Shown here: one piece after another, positions 46,607 to 56,002 of the stretch
Position numbering within the stretch: the first letter of the stretch is position 1
Layout of the letters: every line of letters starts with the position of its first letter
IMG/VR virus record: IMGVR_UViG_3300027839_000010
Span: 1-56,092 of that record
From: a virus
Lineage: Duplodnaviria > Caudoviricetes
Direction: 5' to 3' (one strand)
Length of the DNA stretch: 56,092 bases
Translations under genes and position numbers: made by a program
The notes under the pieces: generated by a model
What the model saw: only the letters and a program-made list of their open reading frames with translations
What the model was told of the DNA's origin: nothing
Database searches by the model: none

Positions 46607-47805
46607 AGTCTACCTCTCCTACTGTTTGCATTTTCTAATATATCCATTACTCTTGTTTCAAAGTTTCTCATATCTCCCTCACTTGATATGTTACCAACAC
46701 TTATGTTTAAAGTTACTCCGCTACCAGCACTCTCTCCGTTTGGTATTACTGTTTCTGATCCTTTTTCTCCAAATGAATACATTTGACCTGATCTACCAAT
46801 ACCCATTATAGGTTCATTTATTTGACCACCATTAGCAAATCCAAATGTACTTCCTATTGCACCAGCGGCAGCTTGTAATCCATTCCATATCCAATCTTTA
46901 ATCCATTGCCAAAGATCACTCCATGAAGTTGTTATACTATTTAGTCCGTTCCAGAACCAGTCTCCAACCCATGTAAATAACTGTAACCAAGATGCAGTAA
47001 TACCATTTATTCCGTTCCAGAACCAGTCTCCAACCCATGTAAAGAATTTATAAAATTGATCTTGTATACCATTCAATCCATTATTAAACCATGTACCTAT
47101 TGCGGCTCGAATATTTTTTCCTACTTGATCCCATGAAGCATTTATAGAACTCCAATCCATTAACTTAAATGCATCTCTAAACATAACTCCAATATGATAA
47201 CCTGGATTCCAGTCTGTAAATATTAAAATTATTCCAGCAATAAGATCCTTTCCTAGTTGAGCCCAATCCATTTTTTCTGAAAGTAAAAAGTTTATTCCAT
47301 CTGAAGCCCACTTACCTAAACTATTTAATCCATCTGCTATTGCTTGTGATGGGTTTGCAATAAATGATTCTAAATCAGCTGCAATTCTACCTCCAAAGAA
47401 AGCTCCTACACTTTGCATTATTGGCATTGCATATGTGTACCAAGGGATAATAAAGTTACGTAAAAGTAATACTATTATAGGTCTTAACATAAATCCAATG
47501 AAATCTCCTATAGGTCTAAATATCATCATTATACCGAAATTCATTAACTTAAACATTTGTTTTAACATTGGAGATGAACCTGCTATTGCTTTAATTGATC
47601 CCATTATTGCAGTTATTGCTAATCCTATTAGACTTAATTTTAACATTCCCTTCAATCCTATTTTTTTTAAATCTCCTAATCCTGCTAATGAACCTCCTCC
47701 TCCACCTTTTCCACCTTTATTTCCACCCATAGCTTTTGCTAATGCGGCTATAGATCCACTACTTAATTTTACCTCAATAATATCATCATCCATTACAGAA
47801 GACAT
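46603..47805 (-). CDS. tape measure protein (short)
   Basis: Trp-periodic 22-aa repeats (a 66-bp-spaced DNA repeat), hydrophobic segments and a C-terminal FANGG...GEKGSETVIP; follows the chaperone. Confidence 0.85.
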   Translation of the reverse strand: MSSVMDDDIIEVKLSSGSIAALAKAMGGNKGGKGGGGGSLAGLGDLKKIGLKGMLKLSLIGLAITAIMGSIKAIAGSSPMLKQMFKLMNFGIMMIFRPIGDFIGFMLRPIIVLLLRNFIIPWYTYAMPIMQSVGAFFGGRIAADLESFIANPSQAIADGLNSLGKWASDGINFLLSEKMDWAQLGKDLIAGIILIFTDWNPGYHIGVMFRDAFKLMDWSSINASWDQVGKNIRAAIGTWFNNGLNGIQDQFYKFFTWVGDWFWNGINGITASWLQLFTWVGDWFWNGLNSITTSWSDLWQWIKDWIWNGLQAAAGAIGSTFGFANGGQINEPIMGIGRSGQMYSFGEKGSETVIPNGESAGSGVTLNISVGNISSEGDMRNFETRVMDILENANSRRGRL

Positions 47806-48017
47806 TATTTACCTCCAAATATGTTCTTTAATGACTCTTCGATCATATCTTTTGATATATGTATTGTGTCTTTTAAATATTGCGTAGGCTGTCTATCTGT
47901 TTGTGCTTTATCCCAACCAAATACTAAGGCACAATACGCGTAGATGGATCCAGAGACTCTATCGTACTCTGACCTGTTGCCGCTATTATCATCGGTGCTA
48001 CTAATCTCTCTAAAGGG
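47805..48017 (-). CDS. -1 frameshift extension of the tail assembly chaperone (gpT-like segment)
   Basis: The -1 frame is open for 70 codons from CCCTTTA to a TAA that overlaps the tape measure ATG. It encodes YCALVFGWDKAQTDRQP. Confidence 0.75.
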   Translation of the reverse strand, partial: PFREISSTDDNSGNRSEYDRVSGSIYAYCALVFGWDKAQTDRQPTQYLKDTIHISKDMIEESLKNIFGGK

Positions 48018-48289
48018 AGTGCTTGCATTAATCTATTTAAGATCCCTAATGCACTATTTGTTGGTAATTTGGCAAACTCTGTAGCGTTCTTATGATTGAA
48101 TGGTGCTTTTGTAATTACTGTTTGCAAAATCATTTGTTGATATAATTGTAAGTTTATTTTAGGACTTTGAATATCAGATAAATCAATACAACTTTTTAAT
48201 ATTTGTTGCATTTCTCCAAATGGAGGATCATCATCAAATTCTATAGTTTCATCCTTGTCATTTATTTTAACAGTAAATGATTGAATCAT
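47924..48289 (-). CDS. tail assembly chaperone (gpG-like)
   Basis: Lies between the tail tube and tape measure genes and carries a slippery heptamer. Confidence 0.8.
   Translation of the reverse strand: MIQSFTVKINDKDETIEFDDDPPFGEMQQILKSCIDLSDIQSPKINLQLYQQMILQTVITKAPFNHKNATEFAKLPTNSALGILNRLMQALPLERLVAPMIIAATGQSTIESLDPSTRIVP
48011..48017 (-). promoter_or_regulatory. programmed -1 frameshift slippery site C CCT TTA
   Basis: X XXY YYZ heptamer in the correct phase. Confidence 0.75.
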
Positions 48290-48325
48290 ATGTGATTTAT
48301 GAAATAGATATATTTAAACCTATGT

Positions 48326-49318
48326 TTAAGGTACTGTTGCAACACTATTGCTTGCTGTAACCTTAACATTTCTCATTTGGAATGTCAAATCTTCAAATAC
48401 TGGTTCATTTGGAACTATTGATAAACTATGTTCTGATAGACCAACACCTGCAAATTCCACTAATATTGTTTTTTCACTTGTTCCTGTAAGACCATTAGTA
48501 AATACAATAGTTAATGTTGCTAACTCAGTTCTATCAAATACTCTTTGTAATTGTGTTTTATCAATAAATGATGCATTAAATTTACCAGTCATTTCAAATA
48601 ATTTTCTGAATCCACCTACTGCATTTGCACTTCCTTGTTCATACAATAATTCAGTATTAGATGTAAATGAAATGTCAAAGTCTTGAACTTCTGCAATTAG
48701 ATTTGCGGATCTATTTGGATGATTGGTTGTACTGTTTGGAATCTGCAATAATGCATGAGAGAATGTATATGGGAAATCAACACCGTCTGCTATTGGAGAT
48801 CCTATACTGGTTGTAATAGTGTCAGTTATTCCATAAATGAAATCTAATGCACCAGTAACTGTTTCTCCTATTGATGATTTAATGTTTAATGAAGAGAATA
48901 AAGTTCCTTTCAAATGTCTAACAACATCAGTAGATGTTTTTGTATCAAATCCTACTTCTATATCAAAAGATTTTGGGGATGCTATTCCTGTATTGTCTGC
49001 TGTTAAGTTTCCGCTACCAGAATCCCATATATGATTAAAATCACTACTTGATCCAGATGTATCAACTCCACCTAGAATTGCATCAAATACCCAGGGGGAT
49101 GATAAAACAAAGTCTACTGATCCGCTTCCTTCATTCTTTCCATATGCATATGATGCTACTTCTATGTTATTTAGTTGTGTTAATGCTATTTGATTGTTCT
49201 TAAATGATAATGAGTTTATTGCTTGTTGTAATCCAAATGGTCTTGTTGCTGTAGCTCCCCCACCAAAAGATGACTCTTCGCCATATTTTAAAGTACCATG
49301 AGCACCTGTTCGAACCAT
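48326..49318 (-). CDS. major tail tube protein
   Basis: LKYGEESSFG, SFDIEVG, GTLFSSLNI and FEMTGKF; position in the module. Confidence 0.8.
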   Translation of the reverse strand: MVRTGAHGTLKYGEESSFGGGATATRPFGLQQAINSLSFKNNQIALTQLNNIEVASYAYGKNEGSGSVDFVLSSPWVFDAILGGVDTSGSSSDFNHIWDSGSGNLTADNTGIASPKSFDIEVGFDTKTSTDVVRHLKGTLFSSLNIKSSIGETVTGALDFIYGITDTITTSIGSPIADGVDFPYTFSHALLQIPNSTTNHPNRSANLIAEVQDFDISFTSNTELLYEQGSANAVGGFRKLFEMTGKFNASFIDKTQLQRVFDRTELATLTIVFTNGLTGTSEKTILVEFAGVGLSEHSLSIVPNEPVFEDLTFQMRNVKVTASNSVATVP

Positions 49319-49349
49319 ACTAAACTACCATGTTATTCGCTTATAAATA

Positions 49350-49772
49350 TTATGGGTCTAATTTTCTATAGGTAACTTCGAATATATGCCTAAACATGTT
49401 ACGATAATCCTGAGAAAGTGACTTTGATTGGGTCAGTCTTAAATCTATGAAATTTTCTCTTCTAATTTGATTCTTGATAATCTTGTCTGCTTGGTCTACT
49501 ATTGATCTAAATCTATCCTCATTATATGATCTTATATCTATTATAACTACTGTAGTATGAAGGTGGTTTTCTCCATAAAGATTGAAATAATCTACCTTTT
49601 CTGAGCCAGGAGTTATAACTACAGTGTCTTCCAAGTCATCTATTATACCTACTGCTTTCTCTTCCCATACTTTTGTGAATCTTGGTTTGGGAATATCATC
49701 ATTATCATAATTCCATTGAGTATTAAACATAGATATTACGTCATCTATAGAGTCATAAATTGCTACTCCCAT
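49350..49772 (-). CDS. putative tail terminator
   Basis: Size, beta pattern (VIIDIRS) and position before the tail tube. Confidence 0.6.
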   Translation of the reverse strand: MGVAIYDSIDDVISMFNTQWNYDNDDIPKPRFTKVWEEKAVGIIDDLEDTVVITPGSEKVDYFNLYGENHLHTTVVIIDIRSYNEDRFRSIVDQADKIIKNQIRRENFIDLRLTQSKSLSQDYRNMFRHIFEVTYRKLDP

Positions 49773-50356
49773 TATCTCTTATTTCTCCAAGTTTTACCTG
49801 ATTTTTTATAGTGTATCTCTTCAGTATTATCGTCTTCATCAAATGTTGCAGTTGCATTAGGTTTTAAACCATATTCTGCAATGTTCATTCTTACACCATA
49901 TGATATAGTTCTCATCATATATTTTTTTCTTGTTCCAGAAACACCATCTATCTTAGCTTTCAATTTTTTTCGTTTAGGATGTTCCAAAAATACATTCTCT
50001 AACCACAATCTGAATTTAGTTTTACCAGCCAAACCCCTATCTCCTCCTATTGCTCCTGAATCATAAGTAATTTTTTTTGCTGATCTAGGTTCTTTAACTT
50101 CTTCATCTTCTTCATATCCTTCTTCCTTATCTACTACTTCTGCTCCTGCTGGTATTCCATATTTTTCTATATCTGATTTAGATTTTAGTTTTTTTATCCA
50201 CTTTTCATATGCAGGTTGCTCTTGTATTACTCTTTCTTCTATTCTTCTTATTCTTTGCCCCCTTTCTCCTGCCGTTCTTGCTTCTTCAGGATACATTTTA
50301 TCATACGTACTTGTTACTATATCAGTAACTGTTTGATATATTTTAGCAAGGGTCAT
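49772..50356 (-). CDS. neck/tail-completion-region protein
   Basis: Positional; coupled to both neighbours. Confidence 0.5.
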   Translation of the reverse strand: MTLAKIYQTVTDIVTSTYDKMYPEEARTAGERGQRIRRIEERVIQEQPAYEKWIKKLKSKSDIEKYGIPAGAEVVDKEEGYEEDEEVKEPRSAKKITYDSGAIGGDRGLAGKTKFRLWLENVFLEHPKRKKLKAKIDGVSGTRKKYMMRTISYGVRMNIAEYGLKPNATATFDEDDNTEEIHYKKSGKTWRNKR

Positions 50357-50973
50357 CGGCAGACAAATACTTCCATCCTATCGGAAATAGTTCTATCAAT
50401 GTCTTCTTGCCATTTTGCTGTAGAAGTTTGCATACTGATTCCGCTTCCACCCATTGGCAATTTATCCATTCTAAAACTGGTATTGATAATTTCAATAGCA
50501 ACCATTTTTATAACAGCATCTGTAATATCCCCTGGAACTACAGTGTCTCCATATCGATAAGTAACTCTGACTCTGTGTTTTCTAAGAATTGAAAATATGA
50601 AACCTCTTAAGAATAATTTACCATAAACACCTTCAATATTATGCCAACTAGTATTTGCTAAAATATCAGTAAAATTATCCTGTGAACCTTCCCAAATTTC
50701 TATCTTATCTCCTAATGCTCCGTTCATATCTTTTATCATTCTGTGGTGTAAAAATACTGGAGTACCCCAACCAAATGAATAAACTAATGGTAAGTCGTGA
50801 ACTTCTTCTGTAATGGTTCTTGTTGTCCAAGCATGACCTATTCTTCTTTCGATTTCTGCTTCTTTCCTATTGATAAGTTTCTCGACCTGAGCCTTGTTTG
50901 GAGTAGTAGTAGCAGTGATAGAAACACGTAGAAAATCTGATACATCTGCAACCGTACAATATGTAACTACCAT
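50353..50973 (-). CDS. head-tail adaptor protein
   Basis: YCTVADV...IERRIG...VRVTYRYG..VPGDITDAV. Confidence 0.8.
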   Translation of the reverse strand: MVVTYCTVADVSDFLRVSITATTTPNKAQVEKLINRKEAEIERRIGHAWTTRTITEEVHDLPLVYSFGWGTPVFLHHRMIKDMNGALGDKIEIWEGSQDNFTDILANTSWHNIEGVYGKLFLRGFIFSILRKHRVRVTYRYGDTVVPGDITDAVIKMVAIEIINTSFRMDKLPMGGSGISMQTSTAKWQEDIDRTISDRMEVFVCR

Positions 50974-51012
50974 GCTTAAATAGTATGTCCTTGTCTTTTA
51001 AAGTTTTGCGTT

Positions 51013-51282
51013 CTACTCATATAATACTACTATTTCGCCAGTACTACCAGAGGCAACTACTATTCTGATACCTGTCTTGAATGGAGTATTAATGATTGGT
51101 GCTGAATTACCTGCATTTGCAGTAAATGAGAATTTTGCTGTTGTTCCTGTAGTATTGTCTATTATTGAGAATACTCTATCCCCCGATGTTGTAGTATATA
51201 TTGACTTTACTAATCCGTGACCTGTCTTGGCTTGAACTGTTGCAGAGTTAATAACTGCTAGTTGACTAGTTTGTCCTACCAT
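51013..51282 (-). CDS. small virion protein
   Basis: Beta-rich 89 aa; own late promoter at 51304-51315. Confidence 0.65.
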   Translation of the reverse strand: MVGQTSQLAVINSATVQAKTGHGLVKSIYTTTSGDRVFSIIDNTTGTTAKFSFTANAGNSAPIINTPFKTGIRIVVASGSTGEIVVLYE

Positions 51283-51334
51283 GAAATGTATAATATATCT
51301 ACACTTATAAAGTTTTGTGAATAAAAAAAAAGGG

Positions 51335-51727
51335 TTAGAAACCTGTTATACGAACGCGAATAGTCATACTATTCACTGCTGTATCAGCGTTATCTAGTTC
51401 TTCAAATGCAACTACTGTACTTGTAGAACTTGTTGGGGTATGACCATAAGCTTTAAATTTTCCTGTGGCAGATGCACCAGCTGCGGCTGGTACATATTGT
51501 AAAAGTAGTCCTGCACTGGTATGGATTACTTCTGCTCCAATAACAGTACTGATTCTACCGCCCATAGAAAGGTCGACTGTATTACCGTTAGTTGCGTAAT
51601 TATCTGAGCCACCGTAAGTGACGTCTACAATTGCTGTTCTTAACCTTGAGGTTAATTGTGACTGAACGGTTAAAGTTTTTCCTGTTAGACTCTTATGGTC
51701 TGAATTCTGTGCGACTGTGATAGCCAT
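51335..51727 (-). CDS. putative capsid decoration/minor capsid protein
   Basis: A/T/G-rich beta protein just after the MCP, with its own promoter and T-tract terminator. Confidence 0.6.
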   Translation of the reverse strand: MAITVAQNSDHKSLTGKTLTVQSQLTSRLRTAIVDVTYGGSDNYATNGNTVDLSMGGRISTVIGAEVIHTSAGLLLQYVPAAAGASATGKFKAYGHTPTSSTSTVVAFEELDNADTAVNSMTIRVRITGF

Positions 51728-51762
51728 AATACTATCTGAATATACTTATATATAAAGATAAG

Positions 51763-51873
51763 TTACCAGAAACTTCCTTTATCTGAACAATCTAAATGAG
51801 CCCCACAATTTGGGCATATTAAATGACATGCTGTCATTTTTTTCATTTCTGCGTAGCAACGTGGACATTCCAT
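51763..51873 (-). CDS. 36-aa CPxCG-type zinc-finger micro-protein
   Basis: MECPRCYAEMKKMTACHLICPNCGAHLDCSDKGSFW. Confidence 0.6.
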   Translation of the reverse strand: MECPRCYAEMKKMTACHLICPNCGAHLDCSDKGSFW

Positions 51874-51877
51874 AATC

Positions 51878-51893
51878 AAAAAAAATAAAAAAA
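51878..51893 (-). terminator. oligo-T archaeal terminator after the MCP
   Basis: T-rich tract 13 nt downstream of the MCP stop on the minus strand. Confidence 0.55.
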
Positions 51894-51905
51894 GGGTCGG
51901 TTAAT

Positions 51906-53129
51906 CTAGAGTTTAATATCTCTGATTTTACCTTGGGATTTAAAGTGACGACAAACGGTTTCTCCCATTGTTCTGAATAGTCCTTTCTCAACAAATGCAT
52001 TGTTGATGAATGGATATCCTGGGGATCTTCGTGTTGCTTCGTAGTACTCTGTTGGAATTGCTACTTGAATTCCTAATCTTGGATAACCATATCCTTCTGA
52101 ATCAGATGTATCCAAAGCAAATAGTCTTCCGACTTCACTGGCATCGCCAGAATCACTTGGTGCATCCTTACTTGGGATGAATGGGATTCCATATAGAGAA
52201 TCTACGTGTAGACCTACTCCTGTTCCTTCAAAGGTTTTAATTCCGTTTACATCGATTTGAACTACTTGTTCGCCATATGGATTCTTTACACGCACTTGAG
52301 GTGTGTAAATACCTTGGATTTCGCTGTAAACTTCGTGGGAACCTAAAAGTACATTAGGATCTTTACCACCAGCAATTCTTATTTTACGTAAGAACGTTCT
52401 GACGGTATCGTCGGTCAAAACACCATTAGTTCCAATTGTACCGCTTGCAGATTCGACTGTTGCATCATAAGTGGTGCCACTGTCTCTGTCTACTGTTGCG
52501 TTAGCTGCCCATGGATCATAGTAACCAGTTGTTGAGGCTCCGAGTGCAGTTTCTTCAGCACCACTTGAAATGATTCTGTCGAGACTCTCAAAGTCTTTAG
52601 TACCTGTAAAGGTACCTGAACCTGTTACTGTTCCTTCGACGTCAGCCAATAGTGCTCTGTTAAGGAGCTCTTTGTGCTGAACTGCCATGTACAATCTTAG
52701 TGAACCTAGTCCGCCCCAAATATCATCTTTGGAGTGAGTTGACAACCATTCCATAACTTCAGATGCTGAGAAGACTAAAGACATTGTCTTTGGTCTTACA
52801 TCTAATTCTGCCACTGTTGGCACAATTTCGTCTGGAATTGTTCCACCTTCTGAGACTCCACCCAAAGCAGTATTGCCTTGTGTAGTATCGACAGTTGGTT
52901 TTGCTGTTATAACCCTCCAACCAGATTTATCCCATGGATATTTTGGGAGAATACCAAATGCGTTAGCCTCAAGGTTGAGTTGAGCCCAAGCATATGCTCC
53001 GAAAATAGCATTGAATACGCCTGCTGTTGATGTTGTGACGGGTGTGTCTGCTTTTCTAAGGAAGTTACGGTTATATCCGTAATACTGTGCCTCTAATTCA
53101 TCAATTGTCTTAATTGAAGGATTGGACAT
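51906..53129 (-). CDS. major capsid protein (HK97 fold)
   Basis: 407 aa following the protease and scaffold; GGVSEGGTIP, FESLDRII, LYGIPFIPSKD and terminal QGKIRDIK. Confidence 0.9.
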   Translation of the reverse strand: MSNPSIKTIDELEAQYYGYNRNFLRKADTPVTTSTAGVFNAIFGAYAWAQLNLEANAFGILPKYPWDKSGWRVITAKPTVDTTQGNTALGGVSEGGTIPDEIVPTVAELDVRPKTMSLVFSASEVMEWLSTHSKDDIWGGLGSLRLYMAVQHKELLNRALLADVEGTVTGSGTFTGTKDFESLDRIISSGAEETALGASTTGYYDPWAANATVDRDSGTTYDATVESASGTIGTNGVLTDDTVRTFLRKIRIAGGKDPNVLLGSHEVYSEIQGIYTPQVRVKNPYGEQVVQIDVNGIKTFEGTGVGLHVDSLYGIPFIPSKDAPSDSGDASEVGRLFALDTSDSEGYGYPRLGIQVAIPTEYYEATRRSPGYPFINNAFVEKGLFRTMGETVCRHFKSQGKIRDIKL

Positions 53130-53731
53130 TAGTAATTCACTCCCTCTTCAGTACCAAATTTACCAGCTAAGATTTCTCTTGCTAATACATCCATGTATTG
53201 ATTACCTCTAGATCTAGCGGCTTTCAAAACTGGGTTCAATGCTGATTCTTGACCAGACACTGATTTGGTCACATTTGCAGATGGTCTTGGTGTTTCTGTT
53301 GTAAAGCTTTGTGCTTCAGGCAAAACGGATTTCTCTTGCATAGAGAGATTTCCTTTGTCTCCTTCTGGTTTCTTTTCCCCTGTTTTATCATCGTGCAATC
53401 CAGCTTGGATTGAGTTACTTTGATATGTGTTAGGAACTTTTACCTCTGCACCTATGTCATCTTTATCAGAGACTTTTGGGGTCAAAGGAAGATCAGTTGG
53501 AGTCTCGAGTGCTTTAATTCTGCTGTCTAATGATTTTACAGTGTTAGAAACTGATGTGATAGATTCTGCTACTGATTTCATAGAGACTGCTAAAGAATCA
53601 AGAACTGCTTTGTTTTTGTCTTCTGCTTCTTCTTTATCGTCGGCTTCTGCTTTTTTCTCTTCTTGAGGTTTTTCCTCAATTAGAGATTCAGCTTTGTCAT
53701 GTTCTTTCGAACAATTACATTCTTCTGCCAT
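53129..53731 (-). CDS. scaffolding-like protein
   Basis: Acidic coiled-coil protein between protease and MCP; TAATG coupling to the MCP. Confidence 0.7.
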   Translation of the reverse strand: MAEECNCSKEHDKAESLIEEKPQEEKKAEADDKEEAEDKNKAVLDSLAVSMKSVAESITSVSNTVKSLDSRIKALETPTDLPLTPKVSDKDDIGAEVKVPNTYQSNSIQAGLHDDKTGEKKPEGDKGNLSMQEKSVLPEAQSFTTETPRPSANVTKSVSGQESALNPVLKAARSRGNQYMDVLAREILAGKFGTEEGVNY

Positions 53732-53756
53732 GTATTAAGTTTATATAACATTTAGT

Positions 53757-55085
53757 TTATATAGTTTTTGTTTTACCACATTTGGAACATTTCATTGATG
53801 ATGGTCTGTCTTGTGTTATATCTGAGTTTCCAGGCTTCTTTAATTTGTCAGGGTTTCCCAATGATTCTGCTGTTATTCCTTCATCATCTTTCTTTTCTTC
53901 TGATATTTGTGCTGAGTGTCCTGCCCCCTGTATTGATGTGGCTCCTGCCCCTAATCCTCTAATTCCTCCTCCTCTTGGAGGATTTACATCCTTGTTACAA
54001 GGACATCCTTCTTCATGTTCTTTTGCAATACTAATTTCTTTAATATCTTTATCGTCTTTTGGTTTTGTTAAACCTTCAGATTGTTGCCATTCTGTTCCTT
54101 TACTACAAGGACAATCTTTTTTATGTTCTTTTGCTTGTTTAATTTCTTTAATATCTTTATCGTCTTGAGCATTAGTTGTAGATCCTGAATCATTATGATT
54201 TTTTGCAGTAGGAATATCTTTTAAATCTTTATCCTCAATAGGATTTACTCCCAATGGTTTTTGTGAACTAAACTTATCATCCTTATGTGCATTCTCTTTT
54301 ACCTCTGCTACAATATCATCAGTTTTATTTTCTACTGTGAAATCTGCTGATCTATTTTCTGTTCTATCTTGAATTGAACCACAATATCCTTCTGGATTTC
54401 TAATATCATCATCGTTTCTTGCTCTTTCTTCACATCCTTCAAATTCCAATCCACCCCATTTGGTAGGTAATGGTTTAGTTACATTTGATTTTGAAATGAA
54501 ACAACCTTTCTCTTCACATTTAATTATAACATCATTGTCTTCTTCCTTTACCACATAGTCATCTCCTGTCTCGGTTGATTTTGCTATATCGTTAGTTGCT
54601 GTAATTAATGCAAATGGAACTGCTGGATCTTCACATACTGCAATTTCATACATTTCTATGTCTTTTAAATGGAAAGCGATGCTTCCGTCTGATTGTTGTA
54701 CTGGTGTCGCATCCGACGTTGTTGCTCCACCAAATGAAAGTCCTCTGTATTCTCTCGATTTTATCTTCTCCCATATCTCATTATCTAGTTGTGTATGGTT
54801 AAATATTTTACCAATAATTTTTAATGCAGGTAATTCACTTCCATCCTCTGTAGTTAGTGTTGTTTTAGCATAATTGATTCCTTTTCCTACTATTCTGTTT
54901 GAATGTGTGTCTGATATTGCTCCTCCCCTATCCATCCATATTGGAAGGCATTTGTATAATGAATCTACAACTGTAACCTCGCCTTGTTTATCAACCATCT
55001 CTACTGTCAATAATCCTTCGAAAAATCGTTCTCCAGATTCTTCTTTGAAAACTAGACTTTTAGTTACAAAATTATTCGAAATCAT
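53757..55085 (-). CDS. prohead protease with a long charged C-terminal extension
   Basis: FEGLLTVEMVDKQGE, THS...VGK, YRGLSFGG and EIAVCEDPAVP. Confidence 0.85.
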   Translation of the reverse strand: MISNNFVTKSLVFKEESGERFFEGLLTVEMVDKQGEVTVVDSLYKCLPIWMDRGGAISDTHSNRIVGKGINYAKTTLTTEDGSELPALKIIGKIFNHTQLDNEIWEKIKSREYRGLSFGGATTSDATPVQQSDGSIAFHLKDIEMYEIAVCEDPAVPFALITATNDIAKSTETGDDYVVKEEDNDVIIKCEEKGCFISKSNVTKPLPTKWGGLEFEGCEERARNDDDIRNPEGYCGSIQDRTENRSADFTVENKTDDIVAEVKENAHKDDKFSSQKPLGVNPIEDKDLKDIPTAKNHNDSGSTTNAQDDKDIKEIKQAKEHKKDCPCSKGTEWQQSEGLTKPKDDKDIKEISIAKEHEEGCPCNKDVNPPRGGGIRGLGAGATSIQGAGHSAQISEEKKDDEGITAESLGNPDKLKKPGNSDITQDRPSSMKCSKCGKTKTI

Positions 55086-55153
55086 CTATATATGAAAAGG
55101 TTTTATTTGTTTATAAAGTTTTAGAAAAGAAAAAAAGGAGTTTTAGTAGTGTT

Positions 55154-55417
55154 TTATGCTACTTTCTTTGCTTTGGAAACAGCGAAATCTATTGTGAATC
55201 CTGCTGTAAGACCGATTAAAACCAGTCCTAATGTGTCAATTCCTGACAAAGATATTGTTTGTGCGATAGCGAGTCCTGCAAATCCTGATACAATAACTGC
55301 ACCTAAGCATTTCTTGATATCATATTTAGTCTCAGATGAACCAAGAAATCCTCTAATGGTATTGAGTATTGCACCTGATACGGTTGCTAGAACTACTGCA
55401 AGTAATGGATCTACCAT
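55154..55417 (-). CDS. small multi-TM membrane protein (holin-like)
   Basis: About three hydrophobic segments and a basic C-terminus. Confidence 0.6.
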   Translation of the reverse strand: MVDPLLAVVLATVSGAILNTIRGFLGSSETKYDIKKCLGAVIVSGFAGLAIAQTISLSGIDTLGLVLIGLTAGFTIDFAVSKAKKVA

Positions 55418-55453
55418 GTTAAAAATCTGATTCGCGTTCTATTTAAAGTTACT

Positions 55454-55534
55454 CTAATCTTCATCTTCTTCTGAGCACAGTGGGCATAGATGTTCACACA
55501 TTTTTTGTAAAAATGTTTTATCTTGTCTTACCAT
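55454..55534 (-). CDS. 26-aa Cys micro-protein
   Basis: MVRQDKTFLQKMCEHLCPLCSEEDED; overlaps the upstream gene end. Confidence 0.35.
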   Translation of the reverse strand: MVRQDKTFLQKMCEHLCPLCSEEDED

Positions 55535-55718
55535 ATTTCTCCAACTCTCTAGATATTGTCAATCCTGTTACAAATATTGACGAAATTAATGCAATAATTA
55601 ATGTCTGTTCAAAAGTTAAACCTATTTCAAAAACAGTTTCAGCAATGTTACCTGATACAAGTGGAGAGAAAAATGATACCCCGAAATTACCAAAGATTCG
55701 TGCGGCTATTTTTTTCAA
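55518..55718 (-). CDS. small two-TM membrane protein (holin-like)
   Basis: Two hydrophobic segments with basic ends. Confidence 0.55.
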   Translation of the reverse strand: MKKIAARIFGNFGVSFFSPLVSGNIAETVFEIGLTFEQTLIIALISSIFVTGLTISRELEKYGKTR

Positions 55719-55751
55719 TATAAGATTGTTATATAACCAACGTATATAAAT

Positions 55752-55955
55752 TTAATTTATAGGCACTAACTCTTCGTCTTTAATCATGTCTAATGCTATC
55801 ATAGGATCGTCATATATGTATTCTACTAACTCTAATTCTTCTGCACTCCCTTCGTAGTAACCACACGGTGGACACAACCAAAATATTAACTCATCATTCA
55901 TGTATCCATACATCTTTTTCTTACATACGTCACATGTAATTGTTGGTATATCCAT
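55752..55955 (-). CDS. Zn-ribbon protein
   Basis: CDVC...CPPCG. Confidence 0.65.
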   Translation of the reverse strand: MDIPTITCDVCKKKMYGYMNDELIFWLCPPCGYYEGSAEELELVEYIYDDPMIALDMIKDEELVPIN

Positions 55956-56002
55956 ATTAAAGGTTTAAAAGGGTTTATTAATAAGGTTTTGTTTACACTA
56001 TT

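Noticed and set aside
51779-52000. 73-aa minus-strand ORF overlapping the MCP end
   Set aside because: It spans the terminator; the 36-aa CPxCG ORF in another frame explains the region better.
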